Source of the DNA: a virus
Reading direction: 5' to 3' (one strand)
IMG/VR virus record: IMGVR_UViG_3300010430_002753
Span: 17,272 to 81,271 of that record
DNA: 64,000 nt
Below, in pieces: positions 21,003 to 28,232 of this stretch; the first letter of the stretch is position 1, and each line of letters begins with the position of its first letter. The notes under the pieces were generated by a model, which was not told the DNA's origin, did no database searches, and saw only the letters and a list, made by a program, of their open reading frames with translations. Made by a program: the position numbers and the translations under genes.

Positions 21003-21341
21003 TTAGTTGTCAAATAATTTTGGTCCTTTTTTAATATATCCAACAGCAAAACCTGACGCTAATTGAATATCTGAAAAACTTCCGTATAATACAAATCCAG
21101 CTGGAAATGTATATAATGTTATATATGAAGATAAATTGCTATCTACTTCTTCTTCATCAATTAAACTTGCAAATTCTGAATCATTTATAAATTGTATTGC
21201 ATAATATCTTTGTGTTGTTTCTATTGGTGTATTTGCATCAAAATATTTTCTTAATGCTCCTGGACCCATACCAGCATTTAACGTTTCTGCAACTGTATAT
21301 GGATCTTCATCATATTTAACATTTGGATTATATCCATTCAT
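21003..21341 (-). CDS. Putative virion structural protein (MNGYNP N-terminus)
   Basis: TFPAGFVLYGSFSDIQLASG motif; AAGGAG RBS. Confidence 0.6.
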   Translation of the reverse strand: MNGYNPNVKYDEDPYTVAETLNAGMGPGALRKYFDANTPIETTQRYYAIQFINDSEFASLIDEEEVDSNLSSYITLYTFPAGFVLYGSFSDIQLASGFAVGYIKKGPKLFDN

Positions 21342-21436
21342 AATATATATTCTCCTTTAAAACTTATCTTTTCTTCTTTATATTATATAAATATTAAATA
21401 AATACATTTTTAATATAATAAGTTTTAAACGAAAAA

Positions 21437-21468
21437 AAGCCTATTACTAAATTAATAGTAATAGGCTT
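21437..21468 (-). terminator. Intrinsic terminator ending the tRNA transcript
   Basis: AAGCCTATTACTA/TAGTAATAGGCTT stem followed by a T tract. Confidence 0.75.
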
Positions 21469-21480
21469 AATATAAAATTT

Positions 21481-21556
21481 TGGAGACTGAGTAGGGAATT
21501 GAACCCTAAAATAACAATTTTGCAGACTGCTCCCTTGACCATTCGGGCACTCAGTC
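21481..21556 (-). tRNA. tRNA-Cys(GCA)
   Basis: Cloverleaf; anticodon loop CTGCAAA; encoded CCA. Confidence 0.9.
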
Positions 21557-21588
21557 ATAATTATGTGTGTAATATTTATAAATAAAAA

Positions 21589-21665
21589 TGGGGTGAAGGA
21601 GGAGGCTTGAACTCCCATATGCTGGATCCACAATCCAGTGCTTTACCAATTAAGCTACCTACACC
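21589..21665 (-). tRNA. tRNA-His(GTG) with encoded G-1 and C73
   Basis: Loop TTGTGGA; 5' G-GTGTAGG pairs with CCTTCAC-C-CCA. Confidence 0.92.
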
Positions 21666-21672
21666 ATAAAAG

Positions 21673-21759
21673 TACCTCTGACAGGGGTCGAACCTGTACG
21701 CTCCATTACAGAACCCTGGATTCTAAGTCCAGGATGACTACCAATTCCAACACAGAGGC
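21673..21759 (-). tRNA. tRNA-Leu(TAG), CCA not encoded
   Basis: Loop CTTAGAA, long variable arm; 3' end reads A-CT. Confidence 0.9.
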
Positions 21760-21820
21760 GTATATAAAAAATTTATTTTGTTTATGAATCATAACTTTCT
21801 TTTTGAAGCATTTTTACATC

Positions 21821-22060
21821 TTACTGCTTAAATAATATATCATCCATAATATCTAATATTTCTTGTTTGAATATTGTCCATACTTGTATATAAGGAATAT
21901 AATATTTTTCATACCTTTGTTTAGAATAATTTGCGGTATTTTCTTTGTAACTTTCTAAATGAATATCTATTAATTGGATTAAATGATTTAATTTACATAT
22001 ACTTAATTTTTTTAATTTTGATATTCTTTTAGGGTTTACACGTAATTTTATGATATCCAT
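21821..22060 (-). CDS. Hypothetical protein
   Basis: ORF with AGGT RBS. Confidence 0.55.
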   Translation of the reverse strand: MDIIKLRVNPKRISKLKKLSICKLNHLIQLIDIHLESYKENTANYSKQRYEKYYIPYIQVWTIFKQEILDIMDDILFKQ

Positions 22061-22069
22061 AAATTATAC

Positions 22070-22876
22070 CTACTTATATAATTTTAAAAATTTAAAAAAT
22101 TTTGGCCATTCTCTTCTAGGTTTCAATACTAATATAACTTCTTTCTTATCGAATTGTAATTCAGTAATTACAAACCAATCATCGCCAAAAGTTTTTGCTT
22201 TTTCAAATTGTTCTTCAGTTACTTTACAAGTAACTTTTCTAAATGAATCAGAATACCACTCTTGCATAATAGGATCACTATATTCTGGCCAATGTTTATT
22301 AATGGCACATCCAGCATGAGTAGCACTATTAATTGAATGTCCAACATCTACCCAATCTTTAATTAAAACATACATTTTTAAAGGCTGTACAGCATTTTTA
22401 TTGTCGTCTGTTATTTTCATACAATGATTCCAAGCTTCTACTGTATATCTATTTCCTTCTAAATAATTATTATAATCTGTTTTAGCGAATGCAATACATG
22501 AGTTATCGTCATTAATATGAATAACGTATCTTTTTTGACTTTTAATATATTCATTATTCCATACATGCATTAATTTAACATCTGTTTTAAATGTTTTATT
22601 ATTTTTTAATTTCATATTATTTTCCAATAGTTCTTGAGATTTTTCATAATCATAACTAATATACCAATTTGGATAAAAACATGGTTCGTGTTTAGAATTA
22701 AAAATTTTAGTTACTGTTTCCCAATAACTTTCTTCTTGTTCTAACTTTTCATCATTATGCCATATCCTAAATATATCTTCAACTTCACAATATTCAACAC
22801 CAATACATAGATCTGGATAAATATTTTTAATTTCTTCTATACCATCATTAATACCGTTTATTAATTTATGATCCAT
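22070..22876 (-). CDS. Fusion protein with C-terminal Pth2-like peptidyl-tRNA hydrolase domain
   Basis: C-terminal about 100 aa: KMYVLIK...GHSINSATHA...W...FRKVTCKV...LVLKP...LKLY, matching the Pth2 pattern. Confidence 0.7.
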   Translation of the reverse strand: MDHKLINGINDGIEEIKNIYPDLCIGVEYCEVEDIFRIWHNDEKLEQEESYWETVTKIFNSKHEPCFYPNWYISYDYEKSQELLENNMKLKNNKTFKTDVKLMHVWNNEYIKSQKRYVIHINDDNSCIAFAKTDYNNYLEGNRYTVEAWNHCMKITDDNKNAVQPLKMYVLIKDWVDVGHSINSATHAGCAINKHWPEYSDPIMQEWYSDSFRKVTCKVTEEQFEKAKTFGDDWFVITELQFDKKEVILVLKPRREWPKFFKFLKLYK

Positions 22877-23013
22877 TATAATTCCTTATTCAACTTCTAT
22901 TAATTCAAAATTAGCAAAATCATATATTTTATTATTTAACATAAAGAATTTAAAATTAAATTCATTAATATTATATTCATATTAACCTCTATTATAAATT
23001 TTTTATTATAAAC

Positions 23014-23042
23014 ATTATATTGTATAATTAAATAAATGTCAA
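23014..23042 (-). promoter_or_regulatory. Sigma70-type promoter (repeat family)
   Basis: TAGTTGACA-N17-TATAAT. Confidence 0.8.
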
Positions 23043-23050
23043 CTAATAAA

Positions 23051-23470
23051 TTATATTTTTTTATTTAATAATCCTTCATATACTTTTCTATAACATAACA
23101 TATTAGGAATATATCTACTATTATTTCCAAAATATTCTGAATCATCACCATTAAAATAATTAGATATAGCTGCAGCAACACCAGAACTTCTAGAAATTCC
23201 AGCATCACAAGATATAATAAAATCTTTATTTATATTACTTAAAATAAATTCTATAATACGATCAACATCATTATCAGAAATTGTATTATATTTATCTATT
23301 TTTTCTTCTATATCATAAAATCTTAAATATATTATATCACATCTATTTTCATTTTTAAATTCAGTAAACATAGATGGATCTTGTATTGATATAATACAAA
23401 CATCTTTATCTATTTGTTTATTAAATAACTTATTCTGCAAATCTAATTTTGATAAAACTTTTATATTCAT
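23051..23470 (-). CDS. Cys-dependent (tyrosine/dual-specificity) phosphatase-like protein
   Basis: CX5R-type loop SCDAGISRS; IISIQDP; LRFYDI; PNML. Confidence 0.85.
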   Translation of the reverse strand: MNIKVLSKLDLQNKLFNKQIDKDVCIISIQDPSMFTEFKNENRCDIIYLRFYDIEEKIDKYNTISDNDVDRIIEFILSNINKDFIISCDAGISRSSGVAAAISNYFNGDDSEYFGNNSRYIPNMLCYRKVYEGLLNKKI

Positions 23471-23496
23471 TAATTATACCTCCATAACTTAAAAAA

Positions 23497-23573
23497 TGGT
23501 GGGCCTTGTTGGACTCGAACCAACGACTTCCTGTTTATGAGACAGGATTTCTAACCAACTGAAATAAAGGCCC
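23497..23573 (-). tRNA. tRNA-CAT, probably Ile2 (lysidine) rather than Met
   Basis: Loop CTCATAA; acceptor GGGCCTT/AAGGCCC-A-CCA is Ile-like. Confidence 0.85.
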
Positions 23574-23574
23574 G

Positions 23575-23647
23575 CTTCCCAGACAGGATTTGAACCTGCA
23601 ACAATTGGATTAGAAATCCAATGCTCATCCACTTGAGCTTCTGGGAT
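23575..23647 (-). tRNA. tRNA-Arg(TCT), CCA not encoded, abuts the next tRNA
   Basis: Loop TTTCTAA; 1:72 mismatch; about 1 nt from the 5' end of tRNA-CAT. Confidence 0.82.
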
Positions 23648-23754
23648 ATAAAAATAAAAGAAGATAATTTAGTAGTCCAAAATATCTTCAAGAACACTTA
23701 TCAATTTGAGCTTCATTTTATAGAGAGGCTTAATAAGTTTATTTTATAGTAAAA

Positions 23755-23842
23755 TGGCGGAGATTATAGGACTCGAACCTATATATCCTTTTCAGAACGC
23801 TAGATTAGCAATCTAGTGCAATACCAATTATGCGAAATCTCC
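23755..23842 (-). tRNA. tRNA-Ser(GCT)
   Basis: Loop TTGCTAA, long variable arm, G73, CCA. Confidence 0.9.
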
Positions 23843-23848
23843 AAAAAT

Positions 23849-24172
23849 TTATTTATTTTTTATAAATATTCTTAAACATTCTTTTTTCCAATCAAATCCC
23901 CATTGTCGAATACCAATTATGTTAGATCTTAAGTCTTCAAGTATATTATTTATTTCATATTTTTCTGTTTTTTCTAGTTTGCTATTATTAATAATATTTT
24001 GAATTTTATTTATTGACGGACATTGCATTTGTGGAGATTCATCTATATTAAAATAATTATCTATATTAGGTTTTTTACCAATAATCTTATAAAAATTATC
24101 TCTTAATGTTTTATAATATATTATTGAATTATATCTAAGTATTTTAACAAATAATCGTTTTAAATATTTCAT
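23849..24172 (-). CDS. Hypothetical protein (start at MKYLKR, not inside the tRNA)
   Basis: AGGAG RBS before the ATG; the ORF-track extension runs into tRNA-Ser. Confidence 0.6.
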   Translation of the reverse strand: MKYLKRLFVKILRYNSIIYYKTLRDNFYKIIGKKPNIDNYFNIDESPQMQCPSINKIQNIINNSKLEKTEKYEINNILEDLRSNIIGIRQWGFDWKKECLRIFIKNK

Positions 24173-24189
24173 ATATCTCCTATTAAAAA

Positions 24190-24275
24190 TGGCAGAGAAG
24201 GTGGGATTCGAACCCACGGAGCCGTCACTCACTGGTTTTCAAAACCAGCTCCTTAAACCACTCGGACACTTCTCT
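24190..24275 (-). tRNA. tRNA-Ser(TGA)
   Basis: Loop TTTGAAA, long variable arm, G73, CCA. Confidence 0.92.
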
Positions 24276-24290
24276 ATATTAAAAATTTGT

Positions 24291-24487
24291 TTTCTTTTAG
24301 ATAATGATCTATCATAACAAATATAATTTAACATCTAATTCTACTAGTTTAAATTAGACTTTATATTTACAAGAATCTACACAACTCTCTTATCAAGATA
24401 TTGGCTACGCCAGTTTTTGGTCTATTATATTAATTACTCTAGAAATAAATTAATACGATATTTTTCAAGATCATTATCTAAAAGAAA
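24291..24487 (-). ncRNA. Candidate structured RNA or hairpin element closed by a 20-bp perfect inverted repeat
   Basis: TTTCTTTTAGATAATGATCT...AGATCATTATCTAAAAGAAA with internal hairpins; no ORF. Confidence 0.45.
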
Positions 24488-24488
24488 T

Positions 24489-24564
24489 TGGTGGAGCTGG
24501 TCGGACTTGAACCGACGGCCTTCTGCTTGCAAAGCAGACACTCTTCCAACTGAGTTACAACCCC
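24489..24564 (-). tRNA. tRNA-Ala(TGC)
   Basis: Loop TTTGCAA; G3:U70; CCA. Confidence 0.93.
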
Positions 24565-24572
24565 ATTTTAAT

Positions 24573-24713
24573 TTAATCATTTAAATTTTGTTTTAAATAT
24601 TTACGTAAAGATTTTCTACCTTTTTTCTTAAACCAACGTTTATTCTTTGTATGACATTCATCTGGATGCGCTGGTCTTTTTCTTGAATATAATTTCTTTG
24701 TCGATTTCTTCAT
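24573..24713 (-). CDS. 46-aa very basic protein MKKSTKKLYSRKRPAHPDECHTKNKRWFKKKGRKSLRKYLKQNLND
   Basis: Below the ORF-track cutoff; GGAAGG RBS; translated by hand. Confidence 0.6.
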   Translation of the reverse strand: MKKSTKKLYSRKRPAHPDECHTKNKRWFKKKGRKSLRKYLKQNLND

Positions 24714-24725
24714 AATATAACCTTC

Positions 24726-24914
24726 CTATAAATCAAATTGTTTATAATATTTTTCGTCAGACATACTTATTAAATATCTAATTTCTTTATTTACTTGTTG
24801 CAATTTAATAATATATTCTGATTCTTTCTCCCAAAATGAATTTGAAAGGTGTTTTGTTTTAGAATCTTTTACAGACTGTTTAAGTGATTCTAACAATTCT
24901 TTTGTTCTTTTCAT
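24726..24914 (-). CDS. Hypothetical protein
   Basis: ORF with AAGGA RBS. Confidence 0.55.
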   Translation of the reverse strand: MKRTKELLESLKQSVKDSKTKHLSNSFWEKESEYIIKLQQVNKEIRYLISMSDEKYYKQFDL

Positions 24915-24925
24915 TAATAATTTCC

Positions 24926-25462
24926 TTATTTTTTATAACTAATTCTAAAGCTATAACATATTATGGAAGAATAATCAAAAAGACTATTTACGGCAGATCT
25001 GTTTAACATTTCATTAATCAATTTATGCCTTGATATTTTTTCTTTATCATATAAATGACTCCATAATAAACATACATTATTTATATGTATTAGACCCTCA
25101 ACTCTTTCATCGTTGGAAGGGATTTTATCTAGTTCATATATTAGATTATTATTTTTGAAATACTTATTCAATAATACATTTACAACTACATGATACTCTT
25201 GATATCCACCACCTACTGTTATGTTAAGAAACATGCATTTATCTTTATTAGCTTTTAGTTGATTTATCATATCTAAAGTATCTAACACTTCATAAAGAAC
25301 ATATTGGTTACTTTCAATAATAGATAAAAACTCTTTTTCTATATCTGAGATTTCAGCACTTAGTGTTGATTTATACTCTATTTCTTTTTGTATTCTCTGG
25401 TTTTCCATTATTGTAGATATATTAAAATTTCTGTTGAGTAAAAGTAATGGCATTGCAAACAT
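24926..25462 (-). CDS. Hypothetical protein inserted in the tRNA array
   Basis: 178 aa ORF, AGGAG RBS. Confidence 0.6.
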   Translation of the reverse strand: MFAMPLLLLNRNFNISTIMENQRIQKEIEYKSTLSAEISDIEKEFLSIIESNQYVLYEVLDTLDMINQLKANKDKCMFLNITVGGGYQEYHVVVNVLLNKYFKNNNLIYELDKIPSNDERVEGLIHINNVCLLWSHLYDKEKISRHKLINEMLNRSAVNSLFDYSSIICYSFRISYKK

Positions 25463-25500
25463 TTCAAGCTCCTATTTTGGACAAATTGTCAATATGAAAA

Positions 25501-25576
25501 TGGAGCGAACAGAGGGACTCAAACCCTCAACCAGTAGATTGGAAATCTACCGTTCTATCAATTGAACTATGCTCGC
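25501..25576 (-). tRNA. tRNA-Gly(TCC)
   Basis: Loop TTTCCAA; U73; CCA. Confidence 0.92.
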
Positions 25577-25590
25577 ATAAAATTTAAGAG

Positions 25591-25662
25591 TAGAAAGAAT
25601 AAGACTTGAACTTATAATATTGGTTCTTCAAACCAAGGTGTTACCAATTACACTATCTCTCC
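25591..25662 (-). tRNA. tRNA-Phe(GAA), CCA not encoded
   Basis: Loop TTGAAGA; acceptor GGAGAGA/TCTTTCT-A. Confidence 0.75.
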
Positions 25663-25674
25663 AAATGTTTATTA

Positions 25675-25980
25675 TTATAAATAATCTCTTAAATCTATTC
25701 CACTACATAAATTATAATAATGATAAATTTGTTCACCTACGGATTTATAAAGTCTATAATCTTGTTCTTGTGAATGATCAGTTAATTCTAATGTTCTATT
25801 GTTATGAGCTTTATTATCAAATATTTTAGCAAATTCTTTTAAAGTATCATTATTTAATTCAATATTTTGATTATTATTAATAACTTCAATTGCTTTTTTA
25901 ATACCTTCAATAATTCCCTTTTGTCTATACTCTTCATATTTATCAAGATACTCGCATCTTTGACTAAATGTAACGTCCAT
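25675..25980 (-). CDS. Hypothetical protein
   Basis: ORF with GGAGG RBS. Confidence 0.65.
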   Translation of the reverse strand: MDVTFSQRCEYLDKYEEYRQKGIIEGIKKAIEVINNNQNIELNNDTLKEFAKIFDNKAHNNRTLELTDHSQEQDYRLYKSVGEQIYHYYNLCSGIDLRDYL

Positions 25981-26151
25981 AAAACCTCCATTAGTTAAAA
26001 AATGTCTCCAACATTTGGACTGTTTACCACTCTTATGGTTATCTATACGCAGAGTATATAGAAGAGTTTGTTCTTATAAGATTAATCAAATTTAAGGAAT
26101 TTAAACCTATTGCTTGATTAAACAGAGTATCAATATTGATATTTTAAATTT

Positions 26152-26237
26152 TGGTGGCACCACTAGGAATCGAACCTAGAAACCTCTCGGTTACGGATTT
26201 ACAATCCGCTGAGTTCACCATACTACTCAATGATGCC
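26152..26237 (-). tRNA. tRNA-Tyr(GTA)
   Basis: Loop TTGTAAA; variable arm; CCA. Confidence 0.9.
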
Positions 26238-26244
26238 GTTAAAA

Positions 26245-26334
26245 TGGTGGGAAGTTGTGGAATCTAACCACAATACCTAAATAGGAGCGGGTGCACATTA
26301 TCGCTTGAGATAACAATATACTCAATACCTTCCC
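26245..26334 (-). ncRNA. tRNA-like RNA with intact acceptor, T and variable arms and CCA but a disrupted anticodon arm
   Basis: GGGAAG/CTTCCC-A-CCA; T arm TGTGG-TTAGATT-CCACA; anticodon region pairs only GCG/CGC. Confidence 0.65.
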
Positions 26335-26339
26335 AAAAA

Positions 26340-26418
26340 TGGCCAGGCGTATGGGATTTGAACCCATGATCTCTACCGTGACAGGGTAGCGTCATAAACC
26401 AAACTAGACTAACGCCCG
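26340..26418 (-). tRNA. tRNA-Asp(GTC)
   Basis: Loop CTGTCAC; G73; CCA. Confidence 0.92.
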
Positions 26419-26450
26419 ATTAAAATCATTTAATAAAAAATTAATAAAAA

Positions 26451-26530
26451 TGGTTGGGTAGCTCAGATTTGAACTGAGGATTTGTTGGTCCCAAACCAAC
26501 CGTCATAGACCTAACTAGACCACTACCCAA
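26451..26530 (-). tRNA. tRNA-Pro(TGG)
   Basis: Loop TTTGGGA; CCA. Confidence 0.9.
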
Positions 26531-26548
26531 TAAAAATTTAATATAAAG

Positions 26549-26621
26549 CAGACCATAAAGGACTTGAACCCTTATCTCAGGATTTGGAATCCCACATTCT
26601 AGCCAATTGAACTAATGATCT
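26549..26621 (-). tRNA. tRNA-Trp(CCA), CCA end not encoded
   Basis: Loop TTCCAAA; 3' end reads G-CT. Confidence 0.85.
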
Positions 26622-26628
26622 ATAAAAA

Positions 26629-26713
26629 TGGTGATCCCAGTTGGACTCGAACCAACGCTGTCAAAGACTCCTGCTTAAAAGGCAGGTGCGTTACCAACTA
26701 CGCGTATAGGATC
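26629..26713 (-). tRNA. tRNA-Lys(TTT) with extended variable arm
   Basis: Loop CTTTTAA; extra GTC-TTT-GAC hairpin; CCA. Confidence 0.9.
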
Positions 26714-26760
26714 ATTTATTTAAATTAATTTATAAATTAAAATAAATTAATTTAAATAAA

Positions 26761-27235
26761 GATCTCAGGTTTAAGGATTTTCGACCCAGAGATCTGAGTA
26801 TCTCCATGCTATTAGATTGATCAATCTGATAAGTTCTTATAGTGTGTTTTACAGCAGAACTTATTAATGTTCTTAAATTTGCAATGCTATTTCATTAATA
26901 GAGTTTGTTACGTTTCTATTAATAGGCATATATTTTCTATTGCTAATTCCTGAAACTGTTCACACAATAACCTGACCAATAGAATCAATGTTTGCGTCAA
27001 TCCAACTCAAAGTAACAATACTGAGTTAGTTATCTCATTGCCTCGCCTTTCCGAGTTAAAAATTGTAACTGGCACGAAAGAATGCTTTAATCTATATTAA
27101 GCTATCAATTAAATTATTTGAATAAACAAACTTTTCAATTTTGTGGGATTAGATAATCACCCATATCTTTCTTCGTGAGAGTTATTTCTTTCGAGTCAGC
27201 CAACTAGAACTAGTCTAGGATGAGCTTCGATACTT
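26761..27235 (-). ncRNA. Candidate large structured ncRNA (about 470 nt) within the tRNA array
   Basis: No ORF; GC above background; 5' AGTATC pairs with near-3' GATACT; many internal hairpins; terminal GATCTC/GAGATC hairpin. Confidence 0.6.
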
Positions 27236-27247
27236 TTTAAATAAAAA

Positions 27248-27326
27248 TGGAATCGCAGATGGGAATCGAACCCACAAACTTTACCGTGAAAGGGTAATGA
27301 CTCTAACCTAATTCGTCTACTGCGAC
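27248..27326 (-). tRNA. tRNA-Glu(TTC)
   Basis: Loop CTTTCAC; CCA. Confidence 0.88.
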
Positions 27327-27414
27327 ATAAAAATATTTCAATATTAATATCTAATAAAACATTTATAGTTGTATTAGCATTTATAATTATCTTCCATATT
27401 GAAATATTTTAAAA

Positions 27415-27489
27415 TGGTAGCGGAGATGGAATTCGAATCCATATATCACGGGATATGAACCCGTTGAGTTGCCAGTACTCTACTCCGCT
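27415..27489 (-). tRNA. tRNA-fMet(CAT), initiator type
   Basis: Three consecutive G:C pairs in the anticodon stem (ACGGG/CCCGT); CCA. Confidence 0.88.
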
Positions 27490-27495
27490 ATAAAA

Positions 27496-27571
27496 TGGCT
27501 AACCAGGTGGGACTTGGACCCACATACTTTCGATTAACAGTCGAACGCTAAACCAATTTAGCTACTGGTCA
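27496..27571 (-). tRNA. tRNA-Asn(GTT)
   Basis: Loop CTGTTAA; U1:A72; G73; CCA. Confidence 0.9.
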
Positions 27572-27577
27572 ATAAAA

Positions 27578-27663
27578 TGGTATTCCCAATAGGACTTGAA
27601 CCTATACACCATAAAGATACAAGATCTTAAATCTTGTGTGCCTACCAATTACACCATGGGAAC
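27578..27663 (-). tRNA. tRNA-Leu(TAA)
   Basis: Loop TTTAAGA; long variable arm; CCA. Confidence 0.9.
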
Positions 27664-27719
27664 ATAAAAATATTTATTTAAATTAATCTACAAATTAAAA
27701 TAAATTAATTTGAATAAAA

Positions 27720-27796
27720 TGGAGCCAAATCTCGGACTCAAACCGAGGACCCGATGCTTACAAGGCAACTGCTCTAATCAACTGAGCTAATTTGGC
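27720..27796 (-). tRNA. tRNA-Thr(TGT)
   Basis: Loop CTTGTAA; CCA. Confidence 0.9.
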
Positions 27797-27806
27797 ATTA
27801 AATATA

Positions 27807-27895
27807 TTATTTGCGGTAGGTAGGATTCGAACCTACGATACTTTCATTTGTATGAATGTGTTTTCCTTTTACACTATCTATAGTTCCGCAAATAA
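27807..27895 (-). ncRNA. Aberrant tRNA-like RNA (shrunken anticodon loop, bulged and extended closing stem, no CCA)
   Basis: Canonical T arm GTAGG-TTCGAAT-CCTAC; D-like arm; TTCAT-ACAA-ATGAA hairpin; TTATTTGCGG/CCGCAAATAA closing stem. Confidence 0.6.
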
Positions 27896-27900
27896 AAAAG

Positions 27901-27971
27901 TTAGTCTGTGTAGAATCGAACTACAACTATTAGGACCAAAACCTAATGCACTACCATTATGCAACAGACCA
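27901..27971 (-). tRNA. tRNA-Gln(TTG), CCA not encoded
   Basis: Loop TTTTGGT; U1:A72. Confidence 0.85.
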
Positions 27972-28150
27972 TCAAAAAATATAAAGCAATAGGAATTATT
28001 CACATGTTTCTATGACTTTGAACTGCGTCAAATGATTTTTTCAATAATTCTAAACCAATATTTTTACTATTACTATAATTTATTTTAAATTATTCACAAA
28101 TATTACACATCTATGCTTTTGTTTAAGATCTAATTTTTAATTTCTTAGTC

Positions 28151-28178
28151 ATTATAATTTGATTAAAGATTCTGTTAA
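28151..28178 (-). promoter_or_regulatory. Promoter of the tRNA array (variant -35 TTAACA)
   Basis: TTTTTTAGTTAACA-N16-TATAAT; near copy of 28503-28530. Confidence 0.7.
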
Positions 28179-28207
28179 CTAAAAAATTATTTTTTTTTTA
28201 CAATAAA

Positions 28208-28232
28208 AAAAGGAGGTTTTTTCAACCTCCTT
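28208..28232 (-). terminator. Intrinsic terminator
   Basis: AAGGAGGTT/AACCTCCTT stem followed by a T tract. Confidence 0.75.

Noticed and set aside
21394-21633. ORF-track entries overlapping tRNAs (also 25620-25829, 27792-27992 and the 5' part of 23849-24232)
   Set aside because: They overlap clear tRNA genes and are spurious.
22880-22980. ATG with a GAGG RBS right after the 23014 promoter
   Set aside because: It gives only about 14 codons; it may be a decayed gene or leader peptide but cannot be supported.
26761-27235. tmRNA or RNase P RNA identity for the large non-coding element
   Set aside because: No Ala-type acceptor ends with CCA and no RNase P P4 consensus visible.
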